Assembly: GCF_964355755.1 (NCBI RefSeq)
Contig: NC_092674.1
Location: forward strand, 18,166,001 to 18,230,000
Origin: Antedon mediterranea
Lineage: Eukaryota; Animalia; Echinodermata
Reading direction: 5' to 3'
DNA length: 64,000 nucleotides
Of this stretch, positions 26,211 through 37,988 are shown piece after piece. Below the pieces are notes generated by a model. That model searched no databases. It saw nothing but the letters and a program-made list of their open reading frames with translations, and was not told where the DNA came from. The translations under genes and the position numbers were made by a program. Numbering within the stretch: the stretch's first letter is position 1; the number at the start of each line of letters is the position of its first letter.

Positions 26211-26956
26211 ATACCAGAGAGTGATGGTACAGTAGAACCTTCATTTTACATACGGTACGGGACCGAAAGGCATACGTAAAAGAGATTCGTAAAATTCAGG
26301 TTGACCTTAAATTGACCCCAAATACGTAGAGATCGTAGATATAAAGGCTACCGTGTTTGCCTAGGCCTACTTTACTGTACAGCATGCAGGTGGTGGTCAC
26401 TAACTAGGCCTTGGCTAGGCTAGCAGGCCTAGCAAGATGTAAGGCCTAACTAGAAAAGTACACAGTATATACAGCCTGTGCGTTTAATATCAATGTTCTT
26501 GTATTTTCTATCAATAAAAACAGTCACTGCTGTAGGGGGAATGCACATGTGTGTAGCTTGTCTCACACAGCAGAATTCCTTACACAGCCATGGCTTTGTT
26601 TGTTGTTGTTAAATTGTGCCCTCAAAAGACTAAATCCATTTTAAACAAATTTGATTTGCAAATGTTTTTCAATATTGATTATTGTAGTAAATGGCTTTAA
26701 TGGTTTTAAAGAGAAAACTATTATAGAAGATAACATAACATGGTTTAACAAGGCTCAAACTAAATCATCCTTAACAAATTACTTAAGATATAAAAATGAA
26801 CCTAAAATGCTTGAGGACCCATAGTAGGCATGTTAAGGTGCATATTTTAGGCAAATCCTTCAAATTGTGATAATATTTTGAAACTTTGCACAGTTATTCA
26901 TTAGGGTGTCAAAAACATGAAATGGAAGGGTTGCACAAAATTTGGTCAGGGGAAAG

Positions 26957-27575
26957 CCGCCATTTTGGATTTCAAAATGGCGGACCCCAAATTTTCACTT
27001 TTCAGGTATATCTCTGCTAAAAAGGCACCTAGAGTTCTGATTTTAGGTGCAAATTATATGGTAGTGGGGTCACCAAACATATTGGTATAACTAACATTTT
27101 GATTGCATGGCGGCCATGTTTGATTTCAAAATGGCGGACCCCAAATTTTCACTTTTCAGGTATATCTCTGTTAAAAAGGCACCTAGAGTTCTGATTTTAG
27201 GTGCAAATTATATGGTAGTGGGGTCACCAAACATATTGGTATAACTAACATTTTGATTGCATGGCGGCCATGTTTGATTTCAAAATGGCGAACCCCAAAT
27301 TTTCACTTTTCAGGTACAGTATATCTCTGCTAAAAAGGCACCTAGAGTTCTGATTTTAGGTGCAAATTATAATGGTAGTGGGTTCACCAAACATATTGGT
27401 ATAACTAACATTTTGATTGCATGGCGGCCATGTTGGATTTCAAAATGGCGGACTTCAAATTTTCACTTTTCAGGTATATCTCTGCTAAAGAGGCACCTAG
27501 AGTTCTGATTTTAGGTGCAAATGATATGGTAATGGGTAACTTCTTTGATTGCATTGCCGCCGGCGGCCATTTTGA
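26957..27575 (+). repeat. About 154-bp tandem subterminal repeat (about 4 copies), mirrored at about 29780-30435
   Basis: Unit marker TTCAAAATGGCG at 26971, 27125, 27279 and 27439. Each unit contains a GCCAT-TT...AAAATGGC mini-palindrome. Confidence 0.92.
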
Positions 27576-27775
27576 ACGTAGCTCAAACTGTACTGGCTTT
27601 ACACTATTTGTTTATGTTTATAGTTACATGCATTTAACATGGACACTTATTGTAGGTCACATTTTCCCTGGCAACCACACAGCTCTGTATATCGTAAATC
27701 ACTCTTTCTGCATTTACAGCGTCCAAGATCACAGTCGGTGTGTCCACAGCGAATTAAAACCTTTGTGACATCTGA

Positions 27776-28090
27776 GATGTGGAGCACTGTGGCGCAGTGG
27801 TTAGAGCATTGGACTTGCAATCAAGAGGTTGCTGGTTCAAGCCCGGTCGGTCACTGCAGTGTTGAGTCCTTAAGCAAGATTCTTTATCCACATTGTTCCT
27901 CCCCACCCGGATGATAGAAATGGGTACCGGTATGTAAAAAGTACTGGGAAGGTAAATCAGACTCGTTTGTGCAGGAGGAGTGGCATACCCCCACAAACAT
28001 ACACACTTAGTGGAGTCTGGCTCAAACGCTAAAGAAATGGAGATGGGCACCACGGCCATTATCATTAGCTTAGGTCTCGACACTTTACCT
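27776..28090 (+). mobile_element. tRNA-derived SINE with a CORE-like central domain
   Basis: A box TGGCGCAGTGG, B box GGTTCAAGCCC, central GTCCTTAAGCAAG...AAATGGGTACC, and a CTTTAC-type tail. Present only in the left arm of the Academ element. Confidence 0.8.
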
Positions 28091-31000
28091 TACAGACAAT
28101 GACATCCTATCGAAAACTGAAGTCATTCATGGCATCTTTTTCCAAGTCGGGTTAAATGTAGCTTTACCTTTTTCTTGAACAGATGAAGTTGTATCACAAC
28201 CGCTAAAGGAATGAAAGAACAAGTAAGCGGCTGATGCTTGTGATCCAAGAGAAGAAACAATCTCGTGTATTGGGATGTGCTTCCCCACTCCAAACTCGAT
28301 CCAAAGCTCGTGGATCCTAGGTATTCTGTGGAAAGCTGACAATGCAATAACAATAACATCACTGTCTACAGTCTTGACAAGAATGCGCGGAAAAATTTCA
28401 GCGGCATGTTTAACATGAACAAACATACATTCATCTGCCTCTATGTTACATGGCATCAGCAGTTGTATATTTACAGACTGGTTTGTTGCAGCTCTGTCTC
28501 CTAGAGACCCTACAAACATTCCGTGATTTGTGTCAACTTCGATCAGTGACACGACTAGATTTGTTTTTCGATAGATAAATGACAGTTTAAAGTCTGGTAC
28601 GCGTTCAAATCGCGTTTCTGGTGTAAGGAGGGTCGTTAAAGCCAGCGGGAGCATGCCCAACAATTTGACCACATTTTTTAGATTTGATGACAACAAATCA
28701 GAGTTGTTTTCATTTATTGTAACTGAAGTAGTAGAGAACATTGGCACAAATCACGGAATGTTTGTAGGGTCTTTGGGAGACAGAGCTGTAACAAACCAGT
28801 AAATATACAATCGCTGATGCCATGTAACATAGAAGAGGCAGATGAACGTATGTTTGTTCACGTTAAACTTGCCGCTGAAATTTTCCACGCATTGTCAAGA
28901 CTGTACACAGTGATGTTGTTGTCAGCTTTCCACAGAATACCTGGCATCCACAAGCTTCTGATCGAGTTTGGAGTGGGGAAGCACTTGAAGTACATCCCAA
29001 TACACGAGATTGCTTCTTCTCTTGGATCACAAGCATCAGCCGCTTACTTGTTCTTTCATACCATTAGCTGTTGTGATAGAACTTCATCTGTTTAAGGAAA
29101 AGGTAAAGCTACATTTAACGAGACTTTGAAAAAGATGCCATGTATTACTCCAGTTTTTGAGAGGATGTCATTGTCTGTAGGGCATGTTAGTGAAACAGAC
29201 ACAGATTATCTAGAACAGTTTGTTGTAAGTATGTCTACTGCAGAACATTTAATGATGCAATACGATATCTTTTTACAACAAGAGAAAGACTATTGAAAAT
29301 ATCCCCCAACATCTGCGGCATTAAGAGAACATGTGAAACGGAAGCCAGGAAGTGGTACGACTGTCTAGATGCATTCAGGGTTGGACAGGACCCAGCGAAC
29401 TGGGGATAGAGGAAGGGCGGCAACAAATTTAGTCCAGCTTGGAGTTCATTGCTTGGAGAACTTTCAGATGTCACAAAGGTTTTAATTCGCTTTGGACACA
29501 CCGACTGTGATCTTGGATGCTGTAAATGCAGAAAGAGTGATTTACGATGTACAGAGCTGTGTGGTTGCCAGGGAAAATGTGACCTACAATAAGTGTCCGT
29601 GTTAAATGCATGTAATTACGAACATAAACAAATAGTGTAAAGCCAGTACGGGTTGAGCTACATTCAAAATGGCCGCCATGCAATCAATGACGTTATACTA
29701 ATATGTTTGTTGACCTCAATATTATATTATACTTTGTAGGCCTACCTAAAATTATAACTGTAGGTACCGCACTGAAACATTTTGAGTTCGCCATTTTGAA
29801 ATTCAAAATGACGACCGCCATGCAATAAAAATGTCAGTTAAAAACCAATATGTTTGGTTACCCATTACCATATAATTGGCACCTAAAATCAGAACTCTGT
29901 ACCTTTTTAGCAGAGATACCTGAAAAGTGAAAATTTGAAGTCCGCCATTTTGAAATCCAAAATGGTCGCCGTGCAATCAAAATGTTAGTTATACCAATAT
30001 GTTTGGTGACCCCATTAACATATAATTTGCACCTAAAATCAGAACTCTATGTGCCTTTTTAGCAGAGATATACCTGAAAAAAGAAAATTTGAAATCCGCC
30101 ATTTTGAAATCCAACATGGCCGCCATGGAATCAAAATGTTAGTTATACCAGTATGTTTGGTGACCCCCCACTACCATATAATTTGCACCTAAAATCAGAA
30201 CTCTAGGTGCCTCTTTAGCAGAGAAATACTTAAAAAGTGAAAATTTGAAGTCCGCCATTTTGAAATCCAAAATGGCCGCCATGCAATTAAAATGTTAGTT
30301 ATACCAATATGTTGGGTGACCCCATTACCATATAATTTGCACCTAAATTCAGAACTCTAGGTGCCTATTTAGCAGAGATATACCTGAAAAGTGAACAATT
30401 TGGGTCCGCCATTTTGAAATCCAGAATGGCGGCTTTCCCCTGACCAAATTTTGTGCAACCCTTCCATTTCATATTTTTGACACCCTAATGAATAACTGTG
30501 CAAAGTTTCAAAATGTTATCACAATTTGAAGGATTGGGTCACTTAACAGGCCTACTACCAGCAAGGTCATGCTTGAGTGACCCCAGTAAAAATTGATGTT
30601 ATTCCGGTTATTCCATGTGATGTACGGCTGTGAGGCAGAGGCACTCGTTGTCGATGTAAATGGTCTACACTGACATATTTTTGGAGGTAAATTCCCTAAT
30701 TGTTTTTGACAAGCAGCTGTTTGATCAGAAATTCACTCCATTTCCCAGCACAATGAACTTATTGCTGTTCAAATAACTAGCAAAAATGATCAGGCCTAGC
30801 TTGCACATTATACACTTATTAACTGTTATAAAGCAGCTTGTTTAGATAAATTTAGTTTTCCATACTTGGCGGATAACCCTTGTGATTGTTACTTTTTTCA
30901 TTTTGTGCAATTCAAAATGTTCATTTTGGCCAGCTGAATTTAAACGGAGTATTTTCATCTCCTTTTATAATAGTACATCACTTTATAATAGTACATCACA

Positions 31001-31912
31001 TTTTAAAAGAGATTGCATTTCGCTTTTTTTTTTTTTTTAATTTAAAATTTTAATTTAAAAATTGTTTCATTTAAAATTTTAATATGTTTTCCAAAGTTGT
31101 TATCTTCATGTTAATTTTGATGATGTCATGCTAAAAAATTAGTATATTGTAACGCCCAACGACTTTTTATTTTTGCGATTTGAGTTGAGTTTGGCGAATG
31201 TATTTCGCCCTCCGCAATGAACGTCAACAACATTTGATTAGCGTCGAGTAAAATTACAGAATACGCAATTGTAAATTTAGGGATGTAAATAAATAAATAA
31301 TTTGGCTACACAGTGGGAGATGCACATGTTTAATAGGTTCTTAGATAGTGAAAACCCTCATAATTAATGTACTTTACCAAATTATTGTTGTTTCTACAAA
31401 ATAACAACGAACGGACGCAAGCCGGCCGGATGCATCTCTGTGGTGATGGAGAGCATGGAAATGGTATTTTTGCCGTTTGCTACACACCACAAGCTAGGCT
31501 TACGCACGTAGAATTATTACTTTGTGGACACATTACAACTTATTATATGATTTAATGGACAAAGAATTCGTCAAGCAAGTACACTATACATTTCATAAAA
31601 AATTACCTAAGAATTGTTTTTTTATTCCAATTCGAACATTATTTTAGCGATCAATCCTCCCACGGTGCTGTGAGGAGGAATTTCATAATTGTTTTGAGCA
31701 AGGCAGTGTAAGCTGAGTAGGGCCTAGGCCTAGCTAGCATTTTCGGTTGGTTGCAATTTATTTAAATGTTTTAATTACACCTGAACAAACAATATAAATA
31801 ATAATAGGGTACAAAGAACACACAATTAGAAGTTTATCGTAACTATTTTATTTTCATTTTTTCCATATTTAGGCTAGCCCTGTCTAAATAAGCCTAGGCT
31901 AGGCCCGATCGA

Positions 31913-32029
31913 CTGTAAACAACATCGTCGGGAATTTCGTGATTTCCGCCCGCCCTTTATTTTCGCGATCGTTGTTCAATCGTGAAAGTCGCGAAAATAA
32001 AGGGCGTGCGAAAATGTTGGGCTTTACAG
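31913..32029. mobile_element. Short Tc1/mariner-like MITE
   Basis: CTGTAAA ... TTTACAG|TA ends, with an internal palindrome CCCTTTATTTTCGCGA...TCGCGAAAATAAAGGG. Confidence 0.55.
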
Positions 32030-32258
32030 TATATATGGGTACCGTAATTTCACCTATGTATACAGTTATATACATTATATGACACAAAACAGTTTACTTT
32101 GCTTACAAATTTATACCAAACTTGCAAAATGTTAGTGATGTCATTTGTCTCTTCTCAACATTACAAACGTAACTTTGGACTCTCTTCGTTGCCTTCTATG
32201 CAAGTTTGAGAGTAGACCAAACTGTTTCACTATAAAAATAAATAAGTAATAAATTCAC

Positions 32259-32430
32259 CTGTACTATCACTAAATATAGGTTCAATTGAAACTTGGAATC
32301 GACTGGGTTGCTTCTGCTGCAATGCGTCACGTAGGTAAATTCCACGTCCACCATTCACTGTCACATTAAATCTAATATTACGTTCTGGAGCATCAACATT
32401 TGTTACAGCATGTTCAAAAGCTTTATCGAC
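32259..32430 (-). CDS. TPP2: TPP2 coding exon: VDKAFEHAVTNVDAPERNIRFNVTVNGGRGIYLRDALQQKQPSRFQVSIEPIFSDST
   Basis: Matches the TPP2 'VDKAY...RGIYLRD...IEPVF' segment. Acceptor tttag, donor gtgaat. Confidence 0.95.
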
Positions 32431-32865
32431 CTAAATGAAATAAATAAATTTATATTTACATATAGTATAAATACCTAGTGGGCAGATTGCAAAGAAAATG
32501 CAGGGGACAGATATTGAAAACAATTATTATTATTGCAATTGCATTGCTAGGGTTTTGTTTCTTTCATTTCATACTAGGACATGATTTAGTGGCGTAGTGT
32601 AATTACAAGAAACAAACTCTTAGCACTGACAACACTGTAATTCTTTGTTGCGCACATACAGTACAGACAGGTATTTCCCAAAATGTATCTTCGTTGCAGA
32701 TATAAATAATAGTGTAGCTGTACTAACTTTGTTCACCTCAATTAATTTACTAGTATGTTAAATGAATAGAATTCTTTGGTTTAACAAACCACTTAAATGA
32801 TACAAATTAAGTGATTCAGTGTTATCTAATATGAAGAAGGAAAAAACAAAAATAAAATCACACAC

Positions 32866-33130
32866 CTGAATCATACCTTGACCTAGTGCAAATACTTCAA
32901 TTGTATCTATCTTTAGAGCAGTATTTTCAAGAGATCTCCGAATACTGAATGTAGTATATGAAGCTCCATTTGCTTTCAATCCAGAAAGTATCAAAGCTAT
33001 ACTCCCACAAGCATTTGGAGAGGACATAGAAGTACCATTCATTAATTGACTGCCACGTAATGTCCAGTTAGGTACAGATGTTATAGCACCCCCTGGAGCT
33101 GTCAGACTCACTCCTAAAGCACCATCAGTA
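32866..33130 (-). CDS. TPP2: TPP2 coding exon containing the catalytic Ser: [42 protein letters not shown]...FALGQGMIQ
   Basis: Within ORF 32758..33246. GTSMSSP motif. Acceptor tatag, donor gtgtgt. Confidence 0.97.
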
Positions 33131-34138
33131 CTATAGAATAAAGAATAACAATTAACTTTGTGGAATATAATGAGGAATTTTCTAAAAAAATAATAATAAT
33201 AAGTGCACCAGCCAAAAGAAACTTTTGCAGCTGAACTCAAATACACGTTGGCAGGACTTGTATGCCCCTGATAGCTGCATTGATCTCACGCCTTAGATAC
33301 TTGATTAAGTCCCACTTCTCAATGAGAATAATAATGATAAGCAATGGGTAACCTCCAAGTTTAAACCTATGATCACAAAACGCCAATTCTTGCTTAGGTA
33401 ACCAAGTTCCGACGTTAGAGGAATAAGACTAATATAATAGCGCAACACCTTAAAAGTCAGTTCTACAAGAAAACAAGAAAAAAATTTTAAAAATAAATAA
33501 ATTTAATGCTGAAGCTGAATTTTTCAGGATAGTTCCACAATGTTTTCTGGAACAACATACTAAAAGTTCCCAGGTTTTCATAGGAGAGAGCAAGCATGCT
33601 CTAATCCGGGATGATTCAGCCCCGAGACGATTCGGCCTGGGATGATTCGGCCCACTTTGGTGGGACGATTTCGGCCCACTTTGGCCAAACCAATGGTTGT
33701 AATATACATTATTTTGGTATTTACCAAGTTTTTAAAGGTGTTTGAACTACCATTTAATAACATATTTTTTTGATATTACCAATGTTGATATAAAATATAA
33801 AATAAATTACTAAAAAAGTCTGTAGAGACTTTGTTTTGCCCTCAAATGACTCAGATACAGGTTTCCAATAGCCAGCATATGACTATTTAGTAAAACTCAA
33901 AATCACACCAATATCACTCACCTCGAAAGTATACAAATTAGTAGTACAAGTTATATAAAATATGTAAATTAGGGGTGAAATTACAGGTTCCCATATTTCA
34001 AAAAAAGATTTAGAGCTAGCCTTTTTGCAATCTGATTCAAAATGTCTAACCTGGCTTCTACAATTACAAGCATGTTTAGCTCATTCACTTCAATTTCTAG
34101 TTTTTATGGATACAACGAATTTCTAAACACAATAGATA

Positions 34139-37100
34139 TAGTCCGGGAGCCCATGAAGATTTGTTTAGCATTGTGAGTACAAAAGGTCTGGGTCATAGAA
34201 TATGTCAAGTAGGGTCCAGGGACCATCAAACGGCCGTTCTTAAGTTCCCGCTCCTGTACCAACTCTAGGGAGGGGCGCTCAAAATACCCCAAAATTTGAT
34301 TTAATTAGCATAATCGAGTACATAAGTGAAACCAATCTTAAAATGTTTATTTTTAGGGTCTAATTGAAGATCCATCGTTCTTAAGTGTCAACTCCTGTAC
34401 CTAGTCCACTTAAGAAAGCCACTAATTAGCGCTAATTAGCATTTTAATTAGCATGGTCGAGTACATCGATGAAACCTTTGACAATACAATAAGTACGTTT
34501 ACCCAACTGAGAAAACGTAATTCTTAAGTGCCAAATCCTGTACCATGACCCCTTAAGAAAGGGTCAAAGGTCAATATATGTCCCACCTAGACTTAATTAA
34601 CATAATGAGTACACATGTATTAAACCAATGCAAAAATGTTTATTTTTAGAGTCTAATTGAAGATCTGTCATTCTTAAGTGTTAACTCCTGTACCTAGTCC
34701 ACTTAAGAAAGCCATTAATTACCGCTAATTAACATTTTAATTAGCATAATCGAGTACATCGATGAAACCTTCGGCAATACAATAAGTATGTTTACCCAAC
34801 CGAGAAAAGGTAATTCTTAAGTGCCAAATCCTTAAGAAAGGGTAAGGTCCGTTTCTGTTGCAAAAAAACCTGATTATGCATACTGTACTTAGTACGTATC
34901 AATCCTGGCAATGAAATGACAATAAGATAATTATGTCTAAATAGTTTCAAATTATGAATTGTAGTAAAACTTTAATACTACCAATCACATTCAAACTAAT
35001 CAAAAGAGACTGCATTGTCAACGTCGTTATCATTCATCACATTTTCTCCTGGCCTGGCACCTGGGTTCCTTTATGTCATATCCACTTTCCAGATCACAGC
35101 CGTTTGATACATGGGTGTTCACAAACATCAGCATTTTCACACAGCTCGATTCTGCCTCACACAGTGGAATTGAACTGCTATTTATTGTTTTCAGCTTTTC
35201 CAATGGATTGTTTGATATTGATTTTGGTCTGTAACATTTTTCAAAGATCTTCTATCTATGTTTGTTTAGTGTCAACTTGGTGTTTTACTTCTTGGCTCCT
35301 TATATGATAGGGATATTTTATGAATCTTCTGATTATTTTGACTTTGTACATTTTCTTTAGTTGCTCCTTAAAAGCTTTTTGGGCCTATTTGTCTTTTTTC
35401 AACATGGCAAGCGCCGATCTGGCCTTTCCTTTACGAAGAAATGAACTGGGATAGTCACACCAGTAAAGGCATGGAATCATGGTAGCGCGGTATAGGTCTA
35501 TACATTTCCCCACTCTCAGTACAATTATTTGTGACTGGGGGAACCAATTCATTAAACTTTCTGGGACTCAGCTGTGACCAATGATGGTATACAAGATCGT
35601 GGGATTTAAAAAAAATATAATATCAAGATATAAAGATAATTAGGCCCTACATTCTCATCCAGTGGAAATGCTACTGATTAATGTTAATTAAACAGTTGTT
35701 TTTACGAATTGTTTTGTGACATTGAAGATTTTGTATATCATAGGCTTTCATTTGGTTTAACTCTTTAAGTCTAAAAGATCATGCATTATTAAATAAAATA
35801 AACAGAAGGGCGTGTAGGATTACTGCAATGACCATAGATGATATGAAATCCACATATGAAAATACTGTGATCTCTATGGTAAAGCGTATCCTATCACAAC
35901 CTTCACATCCCCTCTTCAAAGAATATAATTTTCTTCCATCCTTAAGCCGACTTCAATCCCACCGTGTACGAACAACCCGTTATTCCAAATCATTTATCCC
36001 TAAGTCAATTACAGTTTTCAACAACACCGTTACTAGATAATTTGGTTCTGTTTTAGTAATTTACTGTGTTATCGTTTTTGTGCAATTTTGTATAGTGTGT
36101 ATAATGTTCTTATATATTTATTGTTCTTTTTAATAGTGTACAAAAATCGAATTTCCGATAATATGTTTTATTGGACCAAATAAATGCTGTGAGAGCAGCG
36201 CATTATTATTATTATATTTTGTTCTCATGAAATCAGTAAGGAAATTGTATACATTTATTTAGATAAATACAAATTAAGTGGTAAACCAGGTGGTCTAATT
36301 TAAAAATTATCGGAAAACTTTAAACATCTGGGTCTATACCATAGAAAAGCAATTTATTAATTAAAATGATTTACACATTTTAATGTTGAATTGAGACAAC
36401 GGCGTTCATTTTAATTAAATTGCAGGCCTAATTAAGAAGGGCAAATGACACTCTCAGATCAGGAGGCAAAAGGCCGGGTGGCAAAAGGCCGGATGGCAAA
36501 AGGCCAGGTGGCAAAAGGCTGGGTGGAAATTGGCCGGGTGGAAATAGGCAGGTAGGCTTTCTTAAGGGTCATGGTACAGGATTTGGAACTTTACATTTTC
36601 TCAGTTGGTTAAACGTACTTATTGTACTTTCCAAGGTTTCATCGATGTACTCGATTATGCTAATTAAAATGTTAATTACCACTAATTAATTACTTTCTTA
36701 AGCAGATTAGGTACAGGAGTTGATAGATCTTCAATTAGACTCTAAAAATAAACATTTTTACATTGGTTTTACATGTGTACTCATTATGTTAATTAAGTCT
36801 AGGTGGGACATATATTGACCTTTGACCCTTTCTTAAGGGGTTTATGGTACAGGATTTGGCACTTAAGAATTACGTTTTCTCAGTTGGGTAAACGTACTTA
36901 TTGTATTGTCAAAGGTTTCATCGATGTACTCGACCTGCTAATTAAAATGCTAATTAGCGCTTATTAGTGGCTTTCTTAAGTGGACTAGGTACAGGAGTTA
37001 ACACTTAAGAACGATGGATCTTCAATTAGACTCTAACAATAAACATTTTAACATTGGTTTCATTTATGTACTCGATTATGCTAATTAAATCAAATTTTGG

Positions 37101-37250
37101 GGTATTTTGAGTGCCCCTCCCTAGAGTTAGTACAGGGGCGGGAACTTAAGAACGGCCGTTTGATGGTCCCTGGACCCTACTTGACATATTCTATGACTCA
37201 GACCTTTTGTACTCGCAATGCTAAACAAATCTTCATGGGCTCCCGGATTA
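34139..37250. mobile_element. Second Academ-like element with about 700-bp TIRs and an internal XPG remnant
   Basis: ATA|TAGTCCGGGAGCCCATGAAG ... CTTCATGGGCTCCCGGATTA|ATA, a 3-bp TSD. 34139-34840 is inverted at 36555-37250, and the TIRs contain about 305-bp internal repeats. The minus strand at 35390-35490 reads ALP*FHAFTG.DYPSSFLRKGKAR. Confidence 0.8.
35720..36215 (+). mobile_element. LINE 3' fragment (Rex1/CR1-group-like) nested in the Academ-like element
   Basis: ORF 35828..36040 reads RILSQPSHPLFKEYNFLPS...RTTRYSKSFIPKSI, followed by an (ATT)n tail. Confidence 0.75.
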
Positions 37251-37476
37251 ATAACTTTCCATGTTTGCTTTCATCAACACCAATCCGGAAAACCTTATGT
37301 TGATACGCTAAGATTACAACATCATGCCAAACAGTGATTGAATCAAAAGATGCCGAAATCCAAATATCAAACTCATGGGATCAAACCAATACAGTACTGT
37401 CACTGAAAAAGCAACTAAAAAGTGCTGAAGATCGAGTCAAAGATCTAAGAAAACAGCTAGGGGAGAACCAGGATCT

Positions 37477-37755
37477 TTGGCATGCATGAATGAGAAAGAT
37501 ATTAAGCGTGTTCAACTACTTCAGAACAGGGCTGCTAAACTTGTTTTTCAGGCAAGGAAATTTGATCATGTCTCTCCTTTGCTTTCACAACTTCACTGGT
37601 TGCCTGTTAAAGAGCAGAGATCTGGAACCAACTTCCTCGTTCCATTCGTTACACTCCATTCCCTTTTCAATTCAAAACTCTCCTGAAAACTCACCTATTT
37701 CTATAGTTATTCTTTCATGTTGCGCTGTGAGACTATTATTTTATTATTATGAATG
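37477..37755 (+). mobile_element. L2 LINE 3' fragment
   Basis: KRVQLLQNRAAKLVF.ARKFDHVSPLLSQLHWLPV is a typical L2 C-terminal motif. Confidence 0.85.
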
Positions 37756-37888
37756 AAAACCAATGACAAAAATTGCCTAAACTAAATGGGTCTTCAGCTG
37801 TTTTTAAAAATACAAACAGAAGGCAAATCACAAATTTCACTGCAAAAAGTACAAACTTTCAGGACTAAATTTATATTTATAAACTTAC

Positions 37889-37988
37889 GTAGGTCCTCTA
37901 GATGACCATGTATACTGCATGCCAGGCAACTTCTTCCATATGGAGTATTCGGCTGTCATCATTTCAGATGAAACATAAGCACCTACAC
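37889..37988 (-). CDS. TPP2: TPP2 coding exon: [33 protein letters not shown]
   Basis: Matches '[33 protein letters not shown]'. Acceptor attag, donor gtaagt. Confidence 0.96.

Larger units (their letters stand above)
26822..30557. mobile_element. Fold-back AcademX-like DNA transposon derivative (XPG-like nuclease and Cys-rich C-terminus on both arms)
   Basis: CCA|TAGTAGGC ... GCCTACTA|CCA, a 3-bp TSD. Inverted arms of about 1.7-1.8 kb. Coding remnants EEADERMFVHV, KTVDSDVIVIAL, FHSFSGCDTTSS..KGK, then CKC....CTELCGCQGKC. Confidence 0.85.

Noticed and set aside
26957-27575. Regularly spaced palindromic repeats resembling a CRISPR array
   Set aside because: The 'spacers' are near-identical to each other, the context is a eukaryotic intron and there are no cas genes. 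It is a transposon subterminal tandem repeat.
28127-29095. Possible host FEN1/XPG nuclease gene pair
   Set aside because: Intronless, frameshifted, inverted duplicates inside TIRs with a TSD. These are Academ transposon remnants.
34104-37303. Two near-identical short ORFs (MGYFE.PSLELVQ...) on opposite strands
   Set aside because: They result from the long TIRs, use non-ATG starts and have no recognisable domain.
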